Origin: Pecten maximus
Lineage: Eukaryota
Length of the DNA: 64,000 nt
Reading direction: 5' to 3'
Assembly: GCF_902652985.1 (NCBI RefSeq)
Contig: NC_047016.1
Location: forward strand, 19,034,001 to 19,098,000
Position 1 is the stretch's first letter; each line of letters begins with the position of its first letter. The translations under genes were made by a program, and so were the position numbers. The notes beneath the pieces are model-generated. The model ran no database searches, was not told where the DNA came from, and worked only from the letters and a program-made list of their open reading frames with translations. Positions 10,775 to 23,600 of the stretch are shown here, one piece after another.

Positions 10775-11060
10775 ATACTGCAGTATCGAGGATGTTAAGT
10801 ATCCCCTGTAGTAATGAGGATGTTCAGTATACCCTGTAGTATCTAGGATGTTCAGTATCCCCTGTAGTATCGAGGATGTTCAGTATCCCCTGTAGTATCG
10901 AGGAGGTTCAGTATCCCCTGTAGTATCGAGGATGTTCAGTATACCTTGTAGTAATTAGGATGCTCAGTATCCCCTGTAGTAATGAGGATGTTCAGTATCC
11001 CTATAGTATTGAAGATTTTCATTATCCCAAGTGGGCCTGTAGTATTGAGGATATTCAGTA
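10775..11060. repeat. 28-bp minisatellite (about 10 units)
   Basis: Unit cctgtagtatcgaggatgttcagtatcc. Confidence 0.85.
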
Positions 11061-11944
11061 TCAACTTAGGATTTTTAACATATCTTTGTAAATACAATTG
11101 AATTTTGATATATTTTTCCAATTGAATAAAACATAATTTAATCACTATTCCGAACAAAAAAAAAAGTATATGTACTTCAATTTGGATATTCAAGTACAGT
11201 GTTATATATAGCTGTTCATTGATGCATACATGGTAGTTCACACCTGCAAAGTCACATGTCATTTATTTATATCCTTTATCCTTAGTAGAAATACAACAAA
11301 ACAGTTTTAAATGCATGAAATATGAAAATCAGTAGCTACATGACCAGGTATTGTTAGTCCTCTATATACTCCCTACACGTATATATACATATATATATCA
11401 AAAACCAACACATATATAGCAATTAGCTGCTCGACCGCTAGTATGGACGGAGACGGCGTTTATTCAACAATCGTAAGGAAAGTACATTAGATACGTCTCA
11501 ACGTTTCTCAGTCTCATTCCCTCTCACAGGTTGCATTTAATTGTCGCATTAAAATCCTCCAAAACCATGCGCGCCACCCAACCTGAAACCTTTTTATAGA
11601 ACAGGAGGTGTACCAGCCCGACAATGCTTAAGGTTTTTTTTTTTTTAGCTGGGATTTCTAACCATTTAGCGACACCCAAACAAACCTCTATAAATGCAAT
11701 ATATCTGTATGCAAAATTTCTATTTAGCCGTACTACATGTGCGACGTTCAGAGCTAGAATGACTACCCAACCTATACCCGATCTACACCTAACCAATGGC
11801 CCTCTCTGATTGGCTATTGGCAATGCACGAGACGGACAACCTGTCAACGTATACTCCGTGTATACAGGACAAACATTTCCCGCTATTCTCCGAAACGCGG
11901 GAAAAAGATATTCTCAGTGCCAATAACTGAGAGTTATAATATGT

Positions 11945-12260
11945 TCACCTGAATTTCCTAGTTGTATTCATCATAAGATTAAGTTATAATTTGATCACCT
12001 ATTAATTACCTGGTTGTATTTATCATTAATGAGATTAAGTTATATTTTGATCACCTATTACCTGGTAGCATTTATCATTAATCGGGTTAAGTTAATATAT
12101 GATCACCTAATACCTGGTAGTATTGATCATTAATCAGATTAATTTAAGTTATGATATGATCACCTATTACCTGGTAGTATTTATGATTAAACTGATTAGG
12201 TTATAATTTAATCAGCTATTACCTGATAGTATTTATCATTAATTTGATTAAGTGATATAG
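11945..12260. repeat. Degenerate ~50-bp tandem repeat (about 6 units)
   Basis: acctggtagtatttatcattaat...ttaagttat...tgatcacctatt repeated. Confidence 0.75.
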
Positions 12261-12881
12261 TATGAATTTAATTTTAGTATGCTACATCACCAACAAAGAT
12301 TAGGTACATGTAATTATGACCGATCCAAAACAAGAATAGGCTATTGTATATTCTTTACATTACCACCCTCCAAAAATGTCCCTTTTTATCTTGAAAGGAG
12401 GATATTTCAATGTTATTAATACAGAGAGAGTATTTCTAAGTCTGTGAGATTTTTGAATATTTTTAAAATCAAATTATCAATTCAATAAATCTACTTTTAC
12501 TATTGATAGTAAATTGAATTGAAAAACTATTCGACCTTAGTGAAGATTTTTTTTATTTAATGTATATTTAGTCAGAGACATATATATATATATTGGGAGG
12601 AATCGTAGGGCAATTAGTAATACAAAAACAACAGATGTTTGAAGAAATTCAATTTCTAACAACGAGTGTTTGAAGAAATACTATTTCTAACTATCAAATG
12701 TAAAAATAATGCTTTGTTTCAATTGTTTCCTTATGTCAGTATTCAGTGATTAATTTTGATATAAATAAATTATTGAGATCTATTAAACCGATTATTGCAG
12801 AAAACATACGAACTTTCCTTATTTTAGTAGTACCTACAATAAGCGTCTAAGTGATAACTGTTTCAAGCGTCTTGCTGATAT

Positions 12882-12898
12882 GAGCGGCTTCATTTGAA
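12882..12898 (+). promoter_or_regulatory. CDE/CHR-like cell-cycle element upstream of CENP-A
   Basis: GAGCGG-N5-TTTGAA ending 27 nt before the ATG. TTTGAA is common in AT-rich DNA, so the evidence is weak. Confidence 0.3.
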
Positions 12899-12924
12899 CG
12901 TTGAGCCAGAATCAGAATGAAAAC

Positions 12925-13021
12925 ATGCCGCGTTTGTCCAATCAAAGTGCAAGCCATGCTAAGAAAACTGGAGCGACCAAGAGAAAATCTAGACCTGGAA
13001 AATCTCCCAAACCTAAAACGG
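12925..13021 (+). CDS. CENPA: CENP-A coding exon 1
   Basis: aaacATGCCG...ACGG|gtatga; basic N-terminal tail, phase 1. Confidence 0.82.
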
Positions 13022-15115
13022 GTATGAATTTTCGTTCAACGCTGGATTACTTGCGATCAATGTTGACAGCGCTGCACGTTTTCAAATTACAGTATTCCCA
13101 ACTCGGTCAGTGGGCATAATCATAATAAAGATTGCTCAATATTCGTGAATAGCAAAGTCAAAAGTTCTTTGTAAAAAACACTAACGGTTCTTTACATTTC
13201 ATGCTGATCATTTCTAATTCTGGAGTGCATCCCAAGAGGTGCCGATCAAGATAAAAGTTGCAAGATTTGCAGGGCCCACAAGCTTAAGGCAAAGTTTACA
13301 TATAAAATTACGATTTTTAAAAACAACGTAACATTGGCAGATTATATTAGATGACTTAGCAAACAGACACAAGTACAATATGGTAAATGGGTCTCGTAGA
13401 CAAGCTATCATAACTGGGAAACTCAAAAAACATAGATCTACATATATGTATAACAATAAAAACTCCAAACAGTTTTATAGCCATCACTTTTGTATCAGAC
13501 ACTCGCCAATCTTAATGTTGATTAGGAATAAAGTGTACCAATATCATATTATAAATAAAAAACATTACTGAGCTTCTGATCATTACTTTCCTACCCAGCA
13601 TTATAACTGACTGAAATTTGTCCTCCTATATTCTAGCATCCCCTAGAAGAAAATCCATGAGATATCGCCCAGGAACAAGAGCCTTGATGGAAATTCGTCG
13701 ATATCAAAAGACAACTGATTTATTGCTTCGCAAACTTCCTTTTTCTCGAGTGGTAAGAACGTTTAAAACAAGTTCTTGAAATTGCCTTAAGAAAAATAAT
13801 GTACAATGTATCGCATCAATCACAGTCTATATTAATTATAAGTGCATGAATCATTCTGTATGCATCTAGGGGCCGCAGTGGCCGAGTGGTTAAGGTGTCC
13901 CGACACTTTATCACTAGTCCTCCACCACTGGGTTGCAAGTTCGAAACCTACATGGGGCAGTTGCCAGGTACTGACCGTAGGCAGGTGGTTTTTCTCCGGG
14001 ACTCCACCTCCACCTCCAAAATCTGGCACGTCCTTAAATGACCCTGGCTGTTAATAGGACGTTAAAAAAAACCCAAAAGTATGCTTTAATTGTAATGAAA
14101 AAAAAAGTTAAATTTACAGAACCTTTATTTCTAACAAAAATGATTAAAGTTTGTATCTTGTGTATTGTACATATGTTGAACTTTGTTCTAGGTAAGAGAA
14201 ATAGTACAAAACAAACATCCTGGTTTAGCCTTGAGATGGGAAGCAACAGCCATCATGGCTCTTCAGGAGGTGAGTACAAGTGTTGAATGTATATGTAGGT
14301 TCCCCTCTGTCCATTTGATCTAGAGACTGATCAGAGAAACAAAATGGTTGACATGCATCAATTTTCAGAATTGATTGATTTTTGTTATTAGTATATATCT
14401 CAAAGTTCCTTATGGATTTTTCTTGGATTACATATGAAGGTCCTGCTTGGTTTCAAATGATTAAGAGGAAAGATGAGAAAAATAGAAAATAATTATCAGT
14501 CTTTAGATCCAATACAGATCATTTAGTAGTAAGTGCTAAATTCTCAAAATTAAGGAGAGAGCTATGCCGCCCTTGTGCACTTGCATGTGTCAAGTGCATA
14601 TATATATATAAGTTCATATCGTATCTAAACACCGCATGTACAAGAGGTTTGATATGAGGAGAGTGCTGCACTTCTCCCCATACCCTACAGGTATCATTCT
14701 ATTCCCATTTCCAGTTCATTCTAGATCTCCACCATGCTATCGAATAGACATGTCATATGATTCATTGGCTTTTCATTAATATATATATGCAATGTATACA
14801 TCTAACGCATCAAATATATTTTTCTCTTACTCTGGACAGATGTATGAGGAATACTGAATTTCTTTACCAAAGTTATGACTTGAAATTTAAAAATATGAGA
14901 TTTTCCTTTAAGTTCAAAATTATCAGAATATTTGTTCTGTAATTTATAATGGCATAAATAAAGAAACTCATGGATTTCACTTTCCACAGGCTGCTGAGGC
15001 CTACCTGGTGCATCTGTTTGAGGACGCCAACTTGTGTGCAATACATGCCAAGCGAGTCACAGTGATGCCTAAAGATATCTGGCTTGCTAGGAAGATTCGG
15101 GGAGCGTCTGATTAA
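12925..15115 (+). CDS. CENPA: Centromeric histone H3 variant (CENP-A/cenH3), 4 coding exons, 138 aa
   Basis: Exons 12925-13021, 13637-13752, 14192-14269 and 14990-15115. Product has a divergent basic N-tail ([40 protein letters not shown]) and a histone fold [98 protein letters not shown]. cenH3 hallmarks relative to canonical H3: Q68->S, loop 1 two residues longer, F84->W, T107->A, and introns present. Confidence 0.93.
13637..13752 (+). CDS. CENPA: CENP-A coding exon 2
   Basis: ttctag|CATCC...CGAGTG|gtaaga; encodes [38 protein letters not shown]. Confidence 0.94.
13869..14071 (+). mobile_element. tRNA-derived SINE in CENP-A intron 2
   Basis: GGGGCCGCAGTGGCCGAGTGGTTAAGG (A box), GTTCGAAAC (B box), central ggtttttctccggg motif and A-rich tail. 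The cloverleaf is not intact. Confidence 0.85.
14192..14269 (+). CDS. CENPA: CENP-A coding exon 3 (loop 1 / CATD)
   Basis: ttctag|GTAAGA...CAGGAG|gtgagt; encodes [26 protein letters not shown]. Confidence 0.94.
14990..15115 (+). CDS. CENPA: CENP-A coding exon 4 (terminal)
   Basis: ccacag|GCTGCT...GATTAA; encodes [41 protein letters not shown]. Confidence 0.95.
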   Translation, partial: AAEAYLVHLFEDANLCAIHAKRVTVMPKDIWLARKIRGASD

Positions 15116-15289
15116 CACTAAAGATATAGGTTTTAAAAGAAATTTCAAACATGGCTCATGTGACATCAGAGGAGATCGGACATGTTACTAGATGTACAGT
15201 GTGCATAGGTTTTGTTTAGAATACATGACCTTCAATGAAATAGTCCTACAGTATTATCACAAGAGAGGTTGGTCAATGATATTAGTGAG

Positions 15290-15750
15290 ATACACCTCTG
15301 TGGCATGACCTTCAATGAAATTGTTGTGTGGTCTGACCTCGTTGACCTTCAGTGAGATAGTTCTTTGGTCTGACCTTCAGTGAGATAGTTCTTTAGTCTG
15401 ACCTGGTTGACCTTCAGCAAGATTGTTTTTTGGTCTGACCTACAGTGAGATTGTTGTGGTCTGACCTGGTTGACTTTCATTGAGAAAGTTCTGTGGTCTG
15501 ACCTGGTTGACCTTCAGTGAGATTGTTTTGTGGTCTGACCCGGTTGACTTTCGGTGAGTAAGAAAGTTCTTTGGTCTGACCTTCGATGAGAAAGTTCTGT
15601 TGTTTGACCTTCAATGAGAAAGTTCTGTTGTCTGACCTTCAGTAAGGTTGTTCTGTGGTCTGACCTTCTGTGAGATTGTTCTGTGGTGAGCTGACCTTCA
15701 GTGGTTGGACTTGCAGCAGATACATGTCTATAATCTGACCTGGTTGACAT
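15290..15750 (+). repeat. Degenerate 27-38-bp tandem repeat in the CENP-A 3' region
   Basis: tgtggtctgacctggttgaccttcagtgagattgtt variants; AATAAA follows at 15843 and 16292. Confidence 0.8.
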
Positions 15751-18700
15751 TTAGCGATATTGTAGTTGTTGAACTTTGGCAACACTTTTCAGACTTATTT
15801 TACCTTATTGGATTGACTCAGGATTAGTGTACTTTATTCATCAATAAATTTTATTCACTTTCTGAGCTTAACAATGAAGTTACAGCAGAAGTATTGACAT
15901 ATGACTCATATAGGGCATTCCACAGTGATCAAAAAGATTAGAGGGAAATTCATCATCCATGGGTTAGCTATTGAGGATTAAGGTTATCCATGAGCAATTC
16001 TAATGTGGATTCTGTTTTCAATAACAGATTAAGGCATCCAGTTGACCCTTGATTATAAATCAGATACTTTGTATTCAAGTATGAGAGCAAAAGACAGGGT
16101 TAGCTGGAAGGGTGTGTAAAGGTGCACTTATTAGCTAATGCCTATGTGAGCTTGTAAACTGTTGTGACAAGTGACTCTAGATATTATTTTTTTGTACATA
16201 GTAGTATAGTTTGTATATATATATATATGAGGAAAAAGACTATTTTGTCTAATATCTTTTTTAAATTGCTTGGAATTATCTTATTTTAAAGAATAAAATG
16301 AATTTAAAGAACAAATTTTGTGCGTTTGCTCGAAACAAATTATTCATTATTAGTCTTTGGGATTACTTTCTGTTTTGAAATGTTAATCTCAATTGGGGGG
16401 GGGGGGCATATATTGTTACCCATGTCCGTCCTGATGTATCTCGGGAACTGCTGATGCAATCCTCACCAAATTGTATTTCGAGATGTGTAAAGTGGCAGCA
16501 GGGGCATTTATGTCTTATAGAAATTTTCTAGTAATAAATAGTAAAGTCTTTTCATAATTCATATTTCATTTTTAATAACCATATTTCAGTTTCTGTCATG
16601 CGCCAGTTCCATTTCGTTATAAGTGACACTTATACAACAGTAAGTAACATCAATACACAGTAATACAAAACATTTTTTTCAACAAAACATCTGTATAATA
16701 TAAAGTAGTAACAATTGTTTCCATTTAGCAATGTCTTTAACAATTTCTGTGTTGTTGAATTGTGTTGGCAGTATTACATGATATTCTCCTCATTCTAACC
16801 TATATGCTATCTAAATGACGGGCTGAAAATCTCAATAAAAATATCAAAATTTTTTTAGTTCAACGAAATAGGTGGCATATTTACTGTATTTTCAAGTGAT
16901 GGTACATTTATAAAGTAAACCTCGGAAAAATAACTAAAGATACTTTTTGTACCAGCGACTACCCAACAGTGACCCAAGCAAGGTTGAGTTAAGAAATCTA
17001 CATTATCTTAATAACATTGCAAATGTAATATGGACATGTCTTTGTATATATAAATTATATAATAATCAATGACTGCATTGAACAATAGCTATCCACACAG
17101 AACACTTGAGTTAATGTGGTAACAAATCTCAATAAAATGTGTATTGGTAGGAAAGGCATCACCTGTCGCTGCTTCAAAGTACAACAGGAAACACAGATAT
17201 TGCTTTTATGAAAAAATATAAATAGAAGTCCAACTTTGCATTGCCATTTACCTAAGCTATAAATACAAATTATTCAATGTAACAAAGTAAAGTCACCTAT
17301 GTGTAACTCTTCTCAATAACAACACTTGCTTCACTCACATCAAACTAATCCAATAGTAAATAAATACATGTTAACACTTATGTCAGAACGAGGGGAAGCT
17401 GCTACAAGTGCTTTTAGATGATTCAAGCAATGAAAGACTTAACAAGCAATAGCGATATGGCAAGCATACAGGACAGATAAAAAACACAGGAAAACATTTC
17501 TCAGATATGACACAGGAAATTATTTCTATCGGTGCCAGTTAAGTGATGGGAGCTTGATTCTATAAATTATGATACATTAATATCAGACTGCTGTAATCAT
17601 CAGGATCAATAGCAGAAATGCAATGTCGTCTGATGAGTCTTACTGGTAATAGGATGTTATAAGACCCAATAAGAGGGATCAACCAAATCTACGATGCATC
17701 ATGACTTTTCAGTGTACACTGCTTCAATAATTAAATATGAACATCAATACATATGACTTGTGCCTAATCAATAGAATGTAATTCAATTGTTTTAAGATAG
17801 ATGCATGATAAGACATTAAATGTTACTTGCTAATTATAAAATACATTAATCAAGGAGAGTTTCGATAAATGAATCGGCAATGTAGACTTGTGAAAAAAAA
17901 TATCCTGATAATTTGTTAAAATTGTACAGATTTACTGGGATTATAGATTAATCTACTATCACTAGCTTCCATCCATCATCATACTGATAAGTTAAATGTA
18001 TATTGGACCACAGATAATATTTTGTGTCCATTATTATATAATGTAAATGGTACTCAACTGTCATTATGGATCAGAGGGCAAGTTTGATTTGCAGACAGGC
18101 AAATACTAGGCGATGACCGTATAAAGCAAAACAGTATATTTTTAAACCTTATGCTGACATAATTTGTTAGCCAGGTAGCCTGTCTTTCAAAAGCGATTTC
18201 GTAAAACTGGCTATTTGTCTGGTCTGTTTGTGCAAAGCAAATGCTGGAGTCAGTGAAAACTGGTAACCAGCAAATGTCGGCCGTCAACTGTGTTATGTGC
18301 AAATCAAACTGTAACTGCTGTGATCATGATGGGTTCTACTGCTGTTTAAGATTAGAGTAGTCTCCCTAACAGATAGAAGTTAATTACTTCCCTTGTTATC
18401 CTTCATTATATAGTACCTAATAGTAATTCATAGGACAAGGTCAAGCATAGGACTATAGTAGGGTAAAGATTGTAAGCTTGACAAACATAGCTTTTTAATT
18501 TTATAGAAATTTCTGGTTATACACTGGCCTCTTTCTCCCTTACACTGCTGTGCTCATATAAACAAATAAGGCCAAGATAATTGGTAGATTTGGTTTTGTA
18601 AAAATTTTTCATTTGTTTATTAAATATTAACATTACTAAATGGTATGGAAGGCACAAGTTATCAGACCAGTATCTTAATTCTTCATTGATAAACATTTCT

Positions 18701-19119
18701 GATTTCTCATGACATCACCATGGAAGCTTAAGAATCTTAAACGCTGTGAAAAATATATGACACCTTCAATACATTAGTAAAGTAGATGATACTTTCATGA
18801 ACATAATATTCTGAGACAGTCCAGATTGCTTACTCCTTTGAGCAGCAAATCTGACCATATCTTTGGTAGTCTACAATGGTTACAGTGGTTAGTTCGAGAC
18901 AGATTACGCTAAATGAGTATTCTACCTATAAGCAGGTTATCCTGGTAAAGTCACCAATATTGTTTATTTCAGAAAACTGGTACTTTCCTTTTCAACTTTG
19001 ATTTCTTATAATGAACTAATTATGCTGTGATATTTGTTTATGATTGGATCCCATCTACCATAGCAGACATCCTATGAGCCAGAGAGGCAGGAATGAACCG
19101 CTAGTGTTATACAATAAAA

Positions 19120-19335
19120 TAGGGTCACAGGGTGAAACACTGCCAGCTAAAATGGTGTACAAACTTAACTAGGACCCGGGGTGATACACTGCCAGTAAAA
19201 ATGATGTACAGACTCAACCAGGAACCAGGGTTATACACTGCCAGTTAGAAAGGTGTACAGACTTAACCAGTAACCAGGGAGATACATTGTGATTTAAAAT
19301 GGTACACAGATTTATCTTTGATCAGAGGTACACTG
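19120..19335. repeat. Degenerate ~50-bp tandem repeat in the DENND1 3' UTR
   Basis: ggg.gatacactgccagt.aaaatggtgtaca.actt.acc repeated about 4 times. Confidence 0.65.
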
Positions 19336-19425
19336 ATAAGTAGAGCTTTGAACACCCTAGAGGTCTATACTCTTAACAATTAAAAACAAATAGTACACAA
19401 CAACACATATACATATCACTGTTTC

Positions 19426-20676
19426 TTATTCAAATGTTTCCCACCTATTAACTGGGGGTGCTGGGGAAGCTACATCCACCTTAGTTGGAGGTGGTTGGCT
19501 GGAAGGCCCTAACTGTAGTCCTAATAAATCAGCAAAGGGGTCAGCATTTCCCATTCTGTTTGACCTTGAGACTCCAGACTGAAGTATATCGGGCGATGAT
19601 GTAACAGGTCTGTAACTTGTGGTGCGGAGAGGATTGTATGGATTAGGGGATGAGAATGGACTAGAGGATGAGTGGTGGTCAGTTAGGGCTGAGGCTGAGC
19701 GGGGAGGGACTGTGGGGGAGGGGCGCTTGCCATATGACACACCTATATTATTCTGAGCATTAGAACACAGAGCAAACTCTGCAGCTGTCCGTTGTACAAA
19801 GCCTGGCTTAGGCAATGGACCCAGGTCATGAGTCTTAGTCTGTAGATTGTCAATGTTCCAATCCTGCAGAAGTTCTGGAGATGTTGGATTTCCCTGTGAC
19901 CCAGGGTTCTGGGCTACAGTGGACTGACCCTGAGTAGTCAGGGGGTCAAAGTCCAACAAACTCTCCCCAGTATTACTGTCTTTCTCTGGGGACAATGACT
20001 TATCTCTTTTCATACTTAGTCTCTTAGGGACACCAGTAGCAGGCATTCTGAAGGCTGGCGTCCTTGTCACACTGCTATTGAGATCATCAGTTGGTGAAGC
20101 TAGGTCTCTGAGCTTGTCTATCTGAGATATTGTCTGTGATGATGGGGATTTAAATGGATCAAAACTATCTTCTAATTCCAAATTCTGAAATTGCATCAAT
20201 GAATCCATAGCCAGCTGTTTCTGTTGTTGAAATCCTTCACTTTTACGCTTTATGCTCTGTCGAGGTACAGGTTTGGGAACAGCATGAGGTAAATGAGGGG
20301 CTGGAGGTGGGGGGCTGCCAGCCTTTGGTCTATCACTTATCAATCTGTCGGCCATTGCCATTGAAATAGGACTCCTGGACCTCCGTGGTGGAGGAATTGG
20401 TCGATTTTGGTCATTTTGACCTGATCTTGAAGAGGAAACATCTCCAGATGATGAAGCTAGTCGCACATATTGATCACTTGGATTGGACAAGCCAACATAT
20501 TCATCTTCTGAGCTAATGTCAATAAATGGTACACTTCCAAACGTGTCTCTGTTTCCCTGTAAATGAGATACAGTACTCTCCGACTCCTGGTACTCAAAGG
20601 CGGAGGAGCTACTGACAGTAGACGGAGAGTTTCTACCACTTGATGGGCCAGATGATGTCCCGTCTGTGTGATCAAT
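19426..20676 (-). CDS. DENND1A: DENND1 exon 21 (terminal, Pro/Ser-rich endocytic tail)
   Basis: gttgtag|ATTGAT..., in frame with track ORF 19426-20490. Contains FDPF, LLDFD, DPF and a terminal WETFE*. Confidence 0.92.
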   Translation of the reverse strand: MDHTDGTSSGPSSGRNSPSTVSSSSAFEYQESESTVSHLQGNRDTFGSVPFIDISSEDEYVGLSNPSDQYVRLASSSGDVSSSRSGQNDQNRPIPPPRRSRSPISMAMADRLISDRPKAGSPPPPAPHLPHAVPKPVPRQSIKRKSEGFQQQKQLAMDSLMQFQNLELEDSFDPFKSPSSQTISQIDKLRDLASPTDDLNSSVTRTPAFRMPATGVPKRLSMKRDKSLSPEKDSNTGESLLDFDPLTTQGQSTVAQNPGSQGNPTSPELLQDWNIDNLQTKTHDLGPLPKPGFVQRTAAEFALCSNAQNNIGVSYGKRPSPTVPPRSASALTDHHSSSSPFSSPNPYNPLRTTSYRPVTSSPDILQSGVSRSNRMGNADPFADLLGLQLGPSSQPPPTKVDVASPAPPVNRWETFE

Positions 20677-23600
20677 CTACAACAAATTAATACCAAATGT
20701 TTACAAAAATACAGGAAAGTCATGGAATGAAGAAAATCCAGTGATTCTTAGATTATCTTCCTTTTACTTGAGATGAAGGGATTCCTCAGTCATAACAATT
20801 ACATAATATCATATCAATATTGCATTTATTGAGATCATGATGTCTTTATCGCAATTATGATGAGTAAATGAGGTACGAGACTAGAGATTGTTTTTGTGAG
20901 TAAAAACATATTTCTCCCCTTATCCCTTAATAGGTATCGACCTTTTCAAACTCTTTTACCTATATGTCAACATCACACTGCACCTTTTTTCAGTGGGGTG
21001 ATAAAGGTATACAACAACTTTCATTAGAATACCTTTAAAGGTTAAAATGTTAATGCAATCATAATGAATTATTAGTCATTTTAGACAAGTTTGAGCTGAA
21101 TCTCATTGGTGGAACTTAGGAAGAAGAAATGTGTTTTTTATGATGGCTGCGATGATGGCCATCTTGGATTTCAGATTGACCCAAGAAAGAACAGAACTTC
21201 GTCAGAGCCATCTCTGGATCATTTCAGGTAAGTTAGAGCTGAATTCCACTTGTGGAACTTGAGAATTTTTTAAAATAGGTGGGTATTGAGATGAGGATTT
21301 TTTAAATTTCAGTCAATAAGAGCCTTTATGGCCTCGCTCATCAGCCCCTGGGGGTCAGCCAGTGTCAACATGTGCATACTATCAAACTGCCACCCCATAC
21401 TGATAATTCTAACCAAGTTATAAAAATTAATTCCAATAGAAACTTAACAAATGATAGTCAATGCTATTTTCCTTTATAAACTATAGTAAAGTTTACACCC
21501 TCCCCAGGGGCAAACATAAGAACCCAGGGTCATGAAATTCACAATTTTGGTAAAACACCTCAAGACCCTTCTATCAATGAAAAGTATTCAATTCTACCTT
21601 ATTTGGGTATTGAGAATAGAATTGTTAAAATTTCAGTCAACTGGACCCCTCATTGCTATACCCCTCAGCACCTTCAGGGATGGGGACAACATCATTTACA
21701 ATTTTGGTTGGCCTTTTGGCCATGGAAAGTTTGGCAAAATTTCATTGAAATTGGTTTAAGGGTTTCTGAGAAGGAGGTCAAACATTTTAATTGTTTACAG
21801 ACACACAACCAGAGATAAAAGGCATTTACAAAAAGTCACTGAAGACTTTGTCTCAGGTGACCTGAACAGAAAAACCTCCAGAACAACTGGTGCTAATACA
21901 ATATGACGTCCTTCATTTGAAGGGGAGACAAAATACCAATACATCTGATAAGGAGTTGGCATCCTCTACACGGGTATCATAATTATATATATTGTTTCCC
22001 TTGTTAAAAAAACAGCAATGCAATCAGCAAGTTTTGTGTTTGGTGACTTAAGAATCTTCCCCAGTAAAATAGAGATCCGGGCCCCCTTGCCTCATAAGTA
22101 TATAAAAGATTACCTGGGTATGGTTATTTTGTAACTATATAACTGGTGCTAAAACCATTCATTGCAAAGATTAAATCTTATTGTTAAACATTATCACAAA
22201 TGCATGTACATGCATCATATCAGAACATTTTACTGTGACATACAGACCCAACAAAGCATGAAGAAAAAACCACGGCAAACAAGCAAGGAATAAATGCAGA
22301 AAGGGAAAGACAGAGGAGGTAGTTAGGACTAGCAAACAGGATCCAAATGTAGAAAGGGGCATGCAAGGGAGGTAACTAACAATAGTAAGCAAGGACCAGA
22401 TGTAAAAAGAGGCATGCAAGGGAGGTAACCAACAAAACTGAACAAGGACCAGACGTAGAAAGAGGCATGCAAGGGAGGCAACCAACAAAACTGAACAGGG
22501 ACCAAATGGTAAAAGAGGCATGCAAGGGAGGTAACCAACAAAAACTGAACAGGGACCAGATGTAGAAAGAGGCAAGTCAAGGAGGTAAGAAGCAAAACTA
22601 GCAAGGATCAGATGTAGGGGCTTGCATGGGAGGCAGTAAGGATGCAGCAAGGAGGCATGCAAGGGAGGTACTGAGGAAAGCTCAGCATTAATCAAATGAA
22701 GAAAGAATATATGATGGTGAAGATACCAAGCAGGTAAACAAGCATTTATCAAATGTAAGGTGAAGCAGGTGAGGGAGGCGCCGAGGAAGAGATACTACAG
22801 AGATGTAAGGCAGGTCAAAAGTGGGCTGAGATAGGGCAGGTAAGGAGAAGGATGGAGAGAAAGGGCAGGTGAGAAGTAGGCGTGAGAGAAAGGGCAGATG
22901 AGTATTATTGAGAGAAAGGACAGGTGAGGGGTAGGATATAGAGAAAGGACAAGTGATGAATTGGCTGAAGAGAAACTTCAGAAAGGGCAGGTGAGGAGTA
23001 GAATGGAGAGAAAGGACAAGTGAGGAGTATGATGGAGAGAAAGGGCAGGTGAGGAGAAGGATGGAGATATGGCAGATGAGGGGTAGGCTGGAGAGATATG
23101 GCAGGTGAGGAGTAGGCTGGAGAGAAAGGACAGGTGAGGAGAAGGATGGAGATAAAGGACAGATGAGAAGACTGGAGAGATATGGCTGGAGAGAAAGGAC
23201 AGGGGAGGAGTAGGATGGAGAGAAAGGACATGGGGAGGAGTAGGATGGAGAGAAATGACATGGGAGGAGTAGGATAGAGAGAAAGGACAGGGGAGGAGTA
23301 GGATAGAGAGAAAGGACATGGGAGGAGTAGGATGGAGAGATAGGGCAGGTTAGGAGTAGAGAGTTAAGTGAAAATTGGGCTGGATAGGTAAGACATGTGA
23401 GAAGGCTGGAGCTCACCTTCTTTTGTTACATAAAACACTGTTTCACCTCTGTCAACTCAGGATGACCCAAGTATGAATTTCCATCGACAAGTAGTGTAGG
23501 ACTCTGGATGAATGTCGGAGACACTTAGTGTATGAGATAGAGCCTGGACAAGCGGAAGGAGGAAAGGACTAAGGGAAGGATGGACATAATGCAATCCTCT

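Noticed and set aside
11352-11896. ORFs at 11524-11847 and weak inverted ends
   Set aside because: No recognisable protein; probably a non-autonomous repeat, but its termini could not be defined confidently.
13869-13960. Possible tRNA gene
   Set aside because: A and B boxes are present but the stems do not close, and the sequence continues into a SINE body and A-tail.
12925-15115. Canonical H3 or H3.3
   Set aside because: No ARTKQTAR tail, longer loop 1 and cenH3-type substitutions.
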